NCBI RefSeq assembly: GCF_001194135.2
Contig: NC_068982.1
Coordinates: 8,781,788-8,845,787, forward strand
Direction of reading: 5' to 3'
Origin: Octopus bimaculoides
Lineage: Eukaryota
DNA length: 64,000 bases
Part shown: piece after piece, positions 13,555 through 24,420 of the stretch
Layout: each line of letters begins with the position of its first letter
Position numbering within the stretch: the first letter of the stretch is position 1
Notes under the pieces: generated by a model
What the model saw: the letters and a program-made list of their open reading frames with translations, nothing else
What the model was told of the DNA's origin: nothing
The model's database searches: none
Made by a program: the position numbers and the translations under genes

Positions 13555-13718
13555 TTACACCACATCACCTCCAAAATCAAATCATGTGCTCCTTGTCTTA
13601 TTTCGAACATTTTCTGAGAATTTCATCAAAATCCATCCATAATCGTGACTGATAGACAGTCAGACGGATGGACAAAACAAGGACGGCAAAAATATAACAC
13701 CGTTGACGAAGGTAATAA
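13555..13718 (-). mobile_element. HINE-like fragment inserted in the piggyBac 5' region
   Basis: Minus strand attaccttcgtcaacggtgttatatttttgccgtcc...ggatggattttgatgaaatt...gattttgg resembles the element at 10226. Confidence 0.55.
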
Positions 13719-14156
13719 CACGTACAGTAAGAGAAGGCTATGCTTCCATTGCTGAAAGTCCATGATCCAAAATAATAAACCTAATAAATCCCCCCCAAAT
13801 AAACCTAAAATATAGGAAATACCACATGTTGTACAGTGTATTTCCTAACGGTGCCATATGGCACCGTAAAATAATTCAACAAAACAAACTTCACTGCAAT
13901 AGATGTTATGGATTATTTTTATTTGTCCCTATCTCTAACGAAGTATTTATATATTATTCTAATAAAATACAAGATATTTGACCATATTCCTGAAAGAGTA
14001 AACAAAGTTATTCACCTCTTTAGTGAAGTCCTCCCCTCAGAGGATGTTTTTCACATTAGCTGACAAACACACATGCTCACTCTCCCAAGGTCGCTCAGCT
14101 TCAAAACTGTTGCATCATACATTGAGGCAAGAACTATTCCTAACATGTTCAATACA

Positions 14157-14418
14157 TTGGAGTAAAGATTATTAGCCTACATAACATGGCAGTCCTAGTT
14201 TAGGACAAATGTTGCTGTAATTTAGCCCCCAAGAGACATCGTCTCCAGCTGACTATACGACACGATCTGTGTCCTTATGTTTTTGAGCAAGGGAAAATAT
14301 AAGGACACAGATCGTGTCGTATAGCCAACTGGAGACGATGTCTCCTGGGGCTAAATTACAGCAACATTCGTCCTAAACAGGACTGCCATGTTATGTTGGC
14401 AATTAATCTTTACTCCAA
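14157..14418. repeat. Long inverted repeat (about 125-bp arms, 9-nt loop)
   Basis: 14157-14284 is the reverse complement of 14294-14418 with few mismatches. Confidence 0.95.
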
Positions 14419-14787
14419 AGTACTGTTGCTGAATATCTCTCGTTGTGAGACTTACAAATAGTAATTTTCTAATGTTCAATACATGTTCCATAGAAATTAC
14501 CGTTTCTGTTATTGTTATAGATTTTTTTTCTATACCCAATTTTTGCAGTGCTCGCTAATATTGAATGGGTTAAGAGAAAATTAGAAAAGAACGAAAGTTC
14601 CTGCTATCTGCATGGGGAAATGCATTTTTCAATGTGGCGGCAGGTACGTGTATTAAAGAAAGAGGGTGCGGGTTTCAAACTTTATCGCTGGGGAACACCA
14701 AAGTGATTGAAACTTCGACATAGACTTCCACTAGCATACGGTGCGTAATAAGAAATAATATGTATATAATCTCTCTCTTTCTCTCTC

Positions 14788-14834
<47 letters not shown>

Positions 14835-15142
14835 TCGAAATTGCTTAAAGTTACATAGTAATGACAAACGTGCTATTATTAGATCTCTGTAAGTTAATTT
14901 TGGAAGTTCTGAATATTTTTTAACATGCCATTTGTTGAAAATTTCAGACGAAGACCTAAACAGTCATTTAGGAATACACAGTCTCTGACACGTGCGCAGC
15001 TGTCCACATAAACCCAGTTGTTTTTCGCATTACTGTACAGTTCAAATTTTTAGTATGCAAAAAGACTAGTTTGTATTGTGTTAATTGCGGGCTCTTTTCT
15101 TTATATTTCAATGAACAGGAAACTACTTTACAAACAAATATA

Positions 15143-15332
15143 TTCTTTTCTACTCTAAGAACAAGGTCCGAAATTTTGTGGGAGGGAATCCAGTCGATTA
15201 CTTAATTTATCGGCCTCGGAAGGATGAAAGGCAAAGTCGACCTCGGCAGAATTTGAAGTCAGAACGTAAAGACGGACGAAATATCGTTGAGCTTTTCTCC
15301 CGGCATGCTAACGTTTCTGCCTGCTCGCCGCC
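15143..15332 (-). mobile_element. SINE family A
   Basis: Near-complete reverse-complement copy of the family A consensus. Confidence 0.9.
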
Positions 15333-15417
15333 GTACTTTACAAACCAATATAATAGTCACTATATAAGGCGGCGATTTGGCTTAAACGTTAGCACGCCGG
15401 ACGAAATGCTTAGCGGT

Positions 15418-17022
15418 CTCTGTGAAGTTAATACGTGAGTTTATGTTGAACTGTTTATTGAATTGTTTGAATTGTTTTCCCACTGTGGGAAAATGAAGAA
15501 GGAGGCAGAGGCAAGCCCAAATTATGCGGCTGCAACTGGCAAATGAGTAGACGAGAGAGTTGGAGGTCCGCGAGATAAAAGTGGAGCCTAGAAAGCTGAA
15601 GGAGAGTGATAAATTAATCACAAAAGAAGGAAACATTTTGAAGCTGACACCGCCTGAAGAGCTATCGGCCAACGGGACAAAAAGAACGGTTATATTTAAA
15701 ACCATGAAGGCAGCCACAAGAAAGATAGAGATTGCATCAATAGAGGCCATAGAGGAATATGTTAAGAATATAAAAAGATTCACAACGGAGGAAGAAGCAA
15801 TAAAGCACTCCACAGAGGCAATAAGGACAGAGGAATGGGTGCTCTTGCCTTCGTACTGCGACAAACGAGTGGCCAAGTTGCGAGTGGGTAAGGTGCCATC
15901 GGAATTGAAAGAAGAATGGCCGAGGACAGCCATTATATATAATATGAAAAACAGGAAGTTTCTGAAGGCTACAAGGACCCAGAAGGTAGATTACTGGGGA
16001 TATGGTATCGAATTAACGATTCAGGCAACAACGGTGGACTTGAAAAGTGTGGTGGAAGAGATTGTGGTGCCAGAAGATATGAAGCTGAGAGTTATTGTGG
16101 AGGGTAGGCCGCCATTGTGTTTCACATCTGGAGAAAGGGGCCACATGAAGGCATGGTGCACCCAAAGAAAGCCACAAACAGAACAGGAGGAGAGACAGGA
16201 GAGGGTGGACCAAGGAGTACAGGGCAAGGCAACAGGAAAAGAAACAGAGAAGGGATTCACTATGGTTAAAAAGAAAAGAAGGTGGAGCGGAGGAATGAGT
16301 TCTCCGCCAGAGAAGCAGAAAAAGAAGAGAGAGAAGAGGTGATAAAAGAAACTGTTTAGAAGGGCAGTTGGAAGGAAAAAGAAAGTAAAAAGAAAGTGGA
16401 GTTACCCGTGGAGAAAGTGTGGGAAACCCAACTGTATGAAGGTGAGATGGAGAGACTATTTATGGGGGAAGAAAAGAGACAACCAAACGTCCAAGAGAAA
16501 GGAAAGACAAAAAGGGGAGGAGAATGAGTATGGTATTATGGGACTACCCAAAAAATGTTGAAACGGAGAAAATAATAATCAAGTTTCATTCAATAGTAAG
16601 AGTGAAGCTGTCTTTATGAGTCTACGTAGAGGATATGAAGGCAATATTGATCAAGGAGGAAAACTACAGAAAATTGAAAGAGATGTGTGGGGATAACGTT
16701 GACCCCCCCCCCCCCAGGAGTAGAGGTGGAATTTAAAGAGTTGCCACCAGTAGCGGAGTTAAGAGATATCGAACCACTAATTAAGTTCTACTAAAGACAA
16801 AGAAAAAGTATGAAATTAAAGGAAATAAAAAGAACAATTGTAAATAGTACATATAACGGTTCAAACGGTACTGCATGCGAGTGGGGCCCATGCGGCTATT
16901 TTCATTTTTATATAACTTTCATTTCAGTTACATTCGTTTTACGTTTTTTGTCCCCACTGTGGTCTTGTCTGTCCTTGTGGAGTCTCCATCTATGTTTAGG
17001 GCTTTATGCCTGATAAAGAAAT
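15418..17022 (+). mobile_element. ORF1-only (gag-like) non-autonomous retroelement, L1/Tx1-type
   Basis: Short 5' UTR, ORF1 remnant and T-rich 3' UTR ending ataaagaaat, flanked by CGGT on both sides. No endonuclease or RT coding inside. Confidence 0.65.
15493..16795 (+). pseudogene. Retroelement ORF1 with CCHC zinc knuckle (260-aa open segment at 15560-16342)
   Basis: VIVEGRPPLCFTSGERGHMKAWC is a CX2CX4HX4C knuckle with one C-to-S change, followed by a basic low-complexity tail. Probable original ATG at 15493 (MKKEAEASPNYAAA) and a decayed continuation to about 16795. Confidence 0.8.
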
Positions 17023-17140
17023 CGGTATGACGTTTTGAGTTCAAATTCAGCCGAGGTCGACTTTGCCTTTCATCCTATCATGGTCGTTAATTAATCTCCC
17101 TCCCCCCAAATTTCAGGCCGTGTCCCTAGAGTAGAAAAGA

Positions 17141-17290
17141 AATGTTAGCACGCCGGGTAAAATGTTTTGTAGCATTTCGTGAATCATTACTGTGCGAGTT
17201 CAAATTCCACCGGGGTTGACTTTGCTTCTCATCCTTTCGCGGTCGATAATGCAAGTAGAAGTTGAGTAGAGGGGTCGATTTAATCGCCTT
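17141..17290 (+). mobile_element. SINE family A, degenerate
   Basis: gttagcacgccggg...gagttcaaattccaccggggttgactttgcttctcatcctttcgcggtcgata. Confidence 0.75.
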
Positions 17291-17746
17291 ACCACTCACT
17301 GGAAATTGCTGCCCTTGTTCCAGCATTTGAAACCAATATATCAAGTCACCATTTTCTGCAGACATTTTATCAAATCATAAGCTATTACAGGGTTATTTAT
17401 CAACGAATCATTTCTGCCATAAAGAACGAAATAATCCAGCTTAACTGGTATCATTAAACATATAAGATACAGTAAAAAATATCTTGCTATGTGCTTGCGA
17501 CAAATAAACGCAAGCCGATGTATCATGTTATTATCATGATCAATGAGATATGCCAATCAGCAGAAGCAAAATGCATGTGACTGACCATAGTTGCTTATTG
17601 CCGCTGAAAAATAATCATTTTATAACTGTCAGTTCCGCCATAAAGAAGAATTTCAAACTTTATACTGCAGCATATTAATTCAAAAGGTATGTTATAACTC
17701 TTGTTTAATTTCCCAATTTTATTTTACAAGTCTATGTTTTTCAAAT

Positions 17747-17800
<54 letters not shown>

Positions 17801-18912
17801 CGTGTATATATATTCTCATGTTCAGTTATTGTCTAGCTTTTTTACATAACTGTGTAACTACCATTTTATTTCCTTCGTTCTTTCTCTGTTTTTGCACCCT
17901 TCCTTCTACATTTCCTAGTTTTCTCTCCACACTGGTATTGTTTCCTCTCTACATTTGCATCTACATATATACTCTCTCTTAGTTCTTTAATTCACCTTTC
18001 TATTTCCTTCTTTGTCTACCGGTTTCACTTAACAAATCTTCTTGTCTTTTCCCCTACTTCACATAGCTTTTCCCTTCTCACCTTCATTTAACGCTTTCCT
18101 TTCTACAGTCTTTCTTTCATCATATCTGTTTGTTTCTAAATATCTTGCCACTTTTCCGATTCATTCATTCTTACTCTACCTCTTTTTTTTTTCTTTTGCT
18201 CTATATGGTTCTTCGTCTCTCTGTCTTTCTCTCAACTCACTAATACTCTGTTTTTTTGCCCTTTTTCCGTTTTTGAAATTACCCGTTTTATTTCAACACT
18301 GATCTCAATTCCTATTTTTCCAGCTCTTTAAGTATATATTAAGTTCTAGTTCCAAGCTTGTCCACGATGTTATTTTTCAAGAAAAATTTTCTCATATCTA
18401 CTTTTATGCTATATATTGAGCAATATTGACGGAAGATTTCGAAATTGTTATTATTTTTAGACTAATAAGACCAGGACTTGAACTAGCATGTTCACAACCA
18501 TTATGGTTTCCATTTTTTCCTATGTTCTTACATTCACTTTGTCCACATTTTATTTCACACGCTCGCGCGGACGTGCAGACACAGACACACACTTATTTGC
18601 TTTTGGGATTTAATATTGCTCTTCGTTAAGCTTTCGATAATATTATTTTAATGGCCTGTTTAATAAGCTGTATACTAAATTTATTTTCGATATTTACTTC
18701 GTAGGGTAACAATTATCTGCATTTATCTTCGCTCTTTCAACGTTATCTAACGAAATCGATGGTATACAGGATAGTCAAATGTCAGTTTTCTAGTTTAACG
18801 CAAATGCTTTAGTAGTAATATAATTAATTATAGACAAACTGTAGAATAATTTTAACAAATGGAAACCCGTGCTACACTTTTTTTGCTTAATTTTATAATA
18901 TTCATAATCCTT

Positions 18913-19143
18913 GGGGCAGTGTGCTGGCAGAAACGTAAGCACGCCGAGCGAAATGCTTAGCCGTATTTCGTCTGCCGTTACGTTCTAAGTTCAAAATACC
19001 GCCTAGGTTGACTTTGCCTTTCATCTTTTCGGGGTCGATGAATTAAGTACCAGTTACACACTGGGGTCGGTGTGATTGACTTAATCCCTTTGTCCTTGTT
19101 TGTACCCTATTTGTTTAGCCCCCTGTGGGCAATAAAAATAAAT
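18913..19143 (+). mobile_element. SINE family A, variant 3' tail
   Basis: Standard head and body, but the tail is tccctttgtccttgtttgtaccctatttgtttagccccctgtgggcaataaaaataaat. Confidence 0.9.
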
Positions 19144-19295
19144 ATTTATAATCTTTATTGCCGCAGAGCGAGGCAACTGGATACCGCACCTAACGGAAGT
19201 CTTTCATTTGGTCTCTTCTTTATCGGTTCAAAATTCGTTTCATGGAATATGGTCCTTCATCTCTCTCTCGTGGATTTAAACATATTTAAGCATAT

Positions 19296-19690
19296 AGGCG
19301 CAGGAGTGGCTATATGGTAAAAAGATTGCTTTTCGATCATACGGTCCGGGTTCAGTCCCACTGCGTAGCACTTTCGGCAAGTGCTTTCTACTGCAGCCTC
19401 TGGATTTGGTAAACGGAAACTGAAAGAAGCCCTTTGTGTGTGTATGTATGTGTATATATATATATATATATATATACATACATACGTGTGTGTTTGTGCA
19501 CGCATGTCTTCGTGCTTTTGTTTGTGAGTCACAACGGGTGCTTGTTTGTTTACGTTCCCGTAACTTAGCGGTTCGTCAATAGGCCATGATGGAATAGGTA
19601 TTAAGCTTTAAACAAATAAGTGCGGGAATCGAATTTTCAAGACGGTATCCGAACATGGGCCCAGTCTAATGATTGAAATAAGTAAAAAGA
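19296..19690 (+). mobile_element. SINE family B (CORE-type), full length with internal microsatellite
   Basis: aggagtggctatatggtaa...gggttcagtcccactgcg...ggcaagtg (tRNA-like head plus CORE-like box), (GT/AT)n middle, then the 3' body. Confidence 0.85.
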
Positions 19691-19840
19691 CAAATGACAT
19701 ACTACAAATCTAAGATGCTTGTTGTTGTTAATCCGCAGATCTTGGTCAAGTAGATATGAGATTAAATAAGTTCTGACTATAAACATATCGACTTTTCCTA
19801 CTTATTAATTTCAGATGGCATTATCTCTTATTATATCCGA

Positions 19841-20058
19841 AGGCGGTGAGGTGGCAGAATCGTTAGGACACCGGGCGAAATGCTTAACAGGATTTCAGCC
19901 GTCGTTACCTTCTGAGTTCAAATGTCAGCGAGGTCGACTTTGCCTTTCATCCTTTCTGGGACGATAAATTAAGTACCAGTAAATCACTGGAGTCGATGTA
20001 ATCGACTAGTCCCCTCCCCAATAATTTCAGACCTTGTGTCTATAGTAGAAAGGATTAT
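19841..20058 (+). mobile_element. SINE family A
   Basis: Full-length match to the family consensus. Confidence 0.9.
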
Positions 20059-20118
20059 CTCTTATGTCCGACGTGAAAATATCTATCATGTTGTTTTAAA
20101 GTTGTTATTCATTTAAAT

Positions 20119-20371
20119 CAGTGTTTCTCTACCTAATTTTTTTTTTACGGATGGATCCATTTCATACCTATTTTACTCAGATGGACTCACCTAACCATTT
20201 GTTGTTTATAAAACCTTATCACAATTTTTTCAATTAAATATTTAAAAAATGTATTTAAAGAAAAATATGTTGTGCAATTTAGAAATATAATCTATTTATT
20301 GCAAATAAATTTTAAGCAACACATTAATATGGGCTCCCAAGGGTCTTATGGAGCTCGTTTGAGAACCACAG
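20119..20371. mobile_element. hAT-type MITE
   Basis: TIRs cagtgtttctctac / gtttgagaaccacag; 8-bp target duplication atttaaat / atttagat (7 of 8 identical). Confidence 0.75.
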
Positions 20372-20629
20372 ATTTAGATAAGCTGTGATTTGAGAAAAAT
20401 TTGGCTGCTATTTCTAGCAGCTGGATCATTCTTAGCTAGATAATTGAGCCTACATTCTACTGACATGTGTGTGGGATACACTAACGCTGTTCCAATAAAT
20501 CGTCCAAGGTTAGTTACTATGGCTCATTACTTGGTATTTAACACAATTACTTCGTACATTGAGAAAATAAATAGAAATACGTGGGCGAGAAATGTTCGGT
20601 TAGAATTTAAGGAAGCAATTAACTGCTAA

Positions 20630-20830
20630 ATGGAGGCACATGGCCCAGTGATTAGAGCAGCAGACTCGCGGTCGAGGGATCACTGGTTCGAATCTCAAAC
20701 CGGGTTATGTGTGTGTTTATGAGCGAAACCCCTAAGCGTCACGCGGCTCCGCCAGAAGGTAATGCGGAACTTCTGCTGACTCATCCGGCACAAATTTCTC
20801 TCACTCTTTCTTGCTGCTTCTAGCAGCTCA
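20630..20830 (+). mobile_element. SINE family C (tRNA-Arg-like head), 5' part
   Basis: tggaggcacatggcccagtgattagagcagcagactcgcggtc...ggttcgaatc; homologous to the minus-strand copy at 46781-47153. Confidence 0.8.
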
Positions 20831-21409
20831 CCTCAATGATAAAGAATATTCAAGCAATATATGTTCTTCATTTTTAATGTTCCGAGGAAGCTGTAAAGTG
20901 AAGCACAAATACACAGCGCTGACGTATAGCAGAAATGTCCGGAAGCTAATGAAGTTGATTATGCAATTTTTGTTTCATTGTCACTCTCTTCATTTAACAT
21001 ATATATGTGTGTGTGGGTGAGGAGGTGTAAAATTTAGAATCATCAGTCTACGACCACTGCTTATAAATGATCTCAAATGCGAAGATTGTTTAGCTAAGCA
21101 GGTTGTTAGTAGCTTTTGCCGTTACAATTCTGTAAATATTAACTTATATTCCAATGATATTCAAAGACACGACAACTAGATATTGTGAATTGACAACTTT
21201 CTGAAGTGGCTGATAGAAAAACAATGCTTCTTAAATGGTCGGCTGTGTTACACTCATTCAAGTGTAGATTATCTGCTTTTAGCTGCCACTCGTTCATGTA
21301 ACTTAAATAGTCAAATGATTGCTTGTTCGGACGAGGAGTTCCGATACAAAAATAGTATCAGAAACGAGTGCAGATATTTATGGGACTTCTAACTGTATTT
21401 TTAAATATA

Positions 21410-21641
21410 GAGTAATCTCTCGACTATCGCGGGCGTTACGTTCCAACCCCACCCCTCCACCACCGCGATAGTTGAAAATCCGCGAAGTAGAAGCAGTATT
21501 GTGCTGTATATATTTAAAAATTATTTTAATAATTTGTATATATTTATTCAATATAAATGCAAAACAACACCACGGATGAATCAACGTAAGCTTAAATGAT
21601 AAACCGTGATTGGTGAACCGCGATAAGGCGAGGGATTATTG
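21410..21641. mobile_element. pogo/Tigger-like MITE
   Basis: TA-flanked TIRs gagtaatctctcgactatcgcgg / ccgcgataaggcgagggattattg. Confidence 0.75.
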
Positions 21642-22215
21642 TATGTGCTTGTATACACATGGTGAGTTGTCAGATAATTTCGTTCGTTTTCTTTTTTTAA
21701 TAGGCACTCACACGCCTGGAAAGAGATAAAATTTATTCAAATTACAAATGCAGTAGCTAAACCTTGTAAAGGAAAGACTCCGCTACAGAAACCATTAAAC
21801 ACTACGATAAAAGTAATTTTTTTGTTAATTCATACAAAAATATTTTATATCCAATATAAAAGAAATACGGAAGAAAAACGGACGAATTGATCTGACAACG
21901 CTATATATATATATATATATATATGCATAGGAAATCAGATAGTCCTATGTATGTGTGGCGTGTCTGGTGTATGTGTGTATGCGCGCGAAAACACCCATAT
22001 ATGTTCTTTCAGCTAAAATTATATGTAGTTATACTGTGCTGTAGATCTATCCAAACATGTGTCAAATAAATTTATATCAGGAAATTTGTTATCGTTTTAA
22101 TATGGAGACCTCTTCTAAATTTAAATTTGTATTGATACTCTATATTTAGTTTTGTATTTGTTATCTCAATTTTACTTTCATTTTCAACATGAAAATGTTC
22201 CATTATATACACACA

Positions 22216-22663
22216 CACATCTAAGTGGCTGTACCATGTTACTATCAGTTTAACCACAAGTCCGGCAGCCGGTTATCGGGGCAGTCTGCACCCTGTGTAT
22301 ATTACTAGCCATGCTAATTGATGTGACAATTAACTTTACTGGTTGGTATAGTTACTACACTGAACTTTCCTTGAGATTATACAACTAGCTACTCTGCTAG
22401 TTGCAAATCAGTTACGGATGGTCGCTTCGTTTAAAATCTATTGCTGGTTATCTCTCTGGCGACCGGTGCCCACTACTGAAGATGAGCCAACCAGCTCGAA
22501 ACTCACTCAGTCTCGCGATACTGTTGTCTGCTAGTGGATGATAGGGTTTCGCTCCCTTGGTAGCAATATATGTGCACAGGGAGCAGGCTGCACCGATAAC
22601 CAGCTGGCGGAAGATCTGCCTCGGGTGAAACTAGTGGTAACATGGAACAGCCATTTTGATGTG
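22216..22663. mobile_element. Foldback element with about 95-bp imperfect terminal inverted repeats
   Basis: cacatctaagtggctgtaccatgttac...ccggcagccggttatcggggcagtctgcaccctgtgtatatt is mirrored at 22559-22663. Confidence 0.75.
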
Positions 22664-22665
22664 AC

Positions 22666-22715
<50 letters not shown>

Positions 22716-22774
22716 GATCCTGAATTGTGATAAACATACGAACAATATTTCAATCCATAACTGCCATCGTGCTG

Positions 22775-23732
22775 GGCTGCCGTGCCTCTCGGGGTCGGAT
22801 GCGGAATCTTGCGAAGGACCGAGGCTAAGCGGGTAAATCGCCAGGACTTCATGGTCTTCCGTACGAGCTATATAAATGTATGCCAGGCATGTTGTGGAAC
22901 CTACTGGCTGATGTGTACACGAATTGTCAACAGTCTGGGCTTATCCACAGATCTGTGCGCCGGGGGAGTAGTGACATTGGTCAGAAAGGACCTGGACAAT
23001 AGGGACGTTTTAGATAACTTCAGGCCCATCACTCTGTTAAACGCAGAAGTGAAGACTTCGGCCAAGGTCTTAGCAAAAAGGTTGGCGCGTGTCACGAATG
23101 GTAAAGTCGGAGAGGCACCAGACTTTTGCCATGCCAGGCAAAACCACTCAGGATAATCTCCATCTTATTTGCAATACCATAGAAAGGGTTGGCGATAAAT
23201 CTGGTAAAGGTGGGGCATTGGTTTGGTACATTTGGACCAGTCTAAAGCTTTTGATATGGTTGACCATCGATACCTGGCGACTGTGCTTGCGCTGTTCCGC
23301 CTAGGCCTCGGCTTCCTCGGGTGGTTTATCGCCTTGTGTCACAACATTGACTTGATAGTTCGGGTGAACGGTTTCCTTTCGAAGCCGTTCTGCATCAGGC
23401 ACTCGGTTCGTCAAGGTTGTCTGCTCTCACCACTTTTGTATGTGGCGGCTCTTGAGCCCCTACTGCGAAAGTTGAGTGGCATCCAGAGAGAATTAGGTTT
23501 AAAGGAGTTTGTTACAGCTCACGCGGACGATAATACTATCAGCGTAACCACAGTAACACGCTTTCGTGAAGTGAGTAAGGCTATTGAGGTTTACGAGGAG
23601 GTGGCAGGAGCAAAGATTAACCGGGAAAAGTCGGTCGACTTGCAGCTCGGTACCTGGGTTGGCAAGTCGATGTCTTTAGACAGCATTGTTGGGCGCTGGA
23701 CGGAGGGGCCGGTTAACTTGCTGGGAGTCTGG
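22775..23732 (+). mobile_element. L1/Tx1-clade LINE ORF2 reverse transcriptase fragment
   Basis: SPGLHGLPYELY, NFRPITLLNAEVK, LDQSKAFDMVDH, SVRQGCLLSPLLY, AHADD and KINREKS...LLGVW; frameshifted and truncated at both ends. Confidence 0.92.
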
Positions 23733-23759
23733 TTGTAGAGGAAAGACTCCGCTACAGAT

Positions 23760-24412
23760 ACAAGTGCGCCAATTACTTTGGATTCACGTCTACTCTCCTC
23801 ATTCAGCACAACCAACGTATGTCTCACTTCAAATACTCGGAGTTGTTCAGACTTTCTTCTTTCTGTTGATCGCGTTTTCACTGGGACATGCTATGTCAAT
23901 TATCATGCCAGTTTCTTTTTTTTTTTTAATTCGCAACAACAGTGTCCGGTTTTCGATATCTAGTCAGGTGATCGCTCTGAGTCACAGCATCACACAGCAT
24001 TTTCCAATCTTCATTTTCGGTGACTCATTATGGGGTTTGCTCATAGTATGTCTTTTCGCTTTGTAGGCTGTGATTTCCACAGAGTTCCCAACGGACCATT
24101 CTTTCCACGTTGACATAACGTCTTTTGTAATCGCGTTGCGCCAATTCCGAGCATTCGCTAACGATGTGTCATACCGTTTTACACATCTCACATACTGCAA
24201 CAGACGCACTCGGTAGTTTTGTCGATTCTGCACTTCACATATTTAGTCCTTAAAGTTTGCCCTTGTGCTACGCATATAAGTGCTTCTGTCTGTATCTTCA
24301 AGTCACTCCTCTCATTCATAGCCACCGGTCTTCTCTATCTGCCTTGGTGTTCGTATCTCTTGCAAACTGTCCGTCCAGTTGTTCTCATTCCATGCTGTTT
24401 TTTTCACTTTGT
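23760..24412 (-). mobile_element. R4/Dong-like fragment (zinc knuckle plus RLE), decayed
   Basis: Minus-strand translation DLKIQTEALICVAQGQTLRTKY, HIVSEC..LAQRDYKRR, KPDTVV...IIDIACP and VIGAL. Confidence 0.85.
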
Positions 24413-24420
24413 GTTATTAT

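Larger units (their letters stand above)
11455..13870 (-). mobile_element. piggyBac DNA transposon remnant
   Basis: Matching subterminal inverted repeats ggttccatatgacaccgctagga (about 11464) and tcctaacggtgccatatggcaccg (about 13843-13866) bracket the transposase remnant. An outer TTAA-CCCATT...AATGGG-TTAA pair at 11329/14573 is an alternative boundary. Confidence 0.7.
15366..17140 (+). mobile_element. SINE family A split by a 1.6-kb insertion (head 15366-15417, remainder 17023-17140)
   Basis: The head ends at gcttagcggt and the sequence resumes at cggtatgacgttttgagttcaaattcagccgaggtcgactttgcc. Confidence 0.8.
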
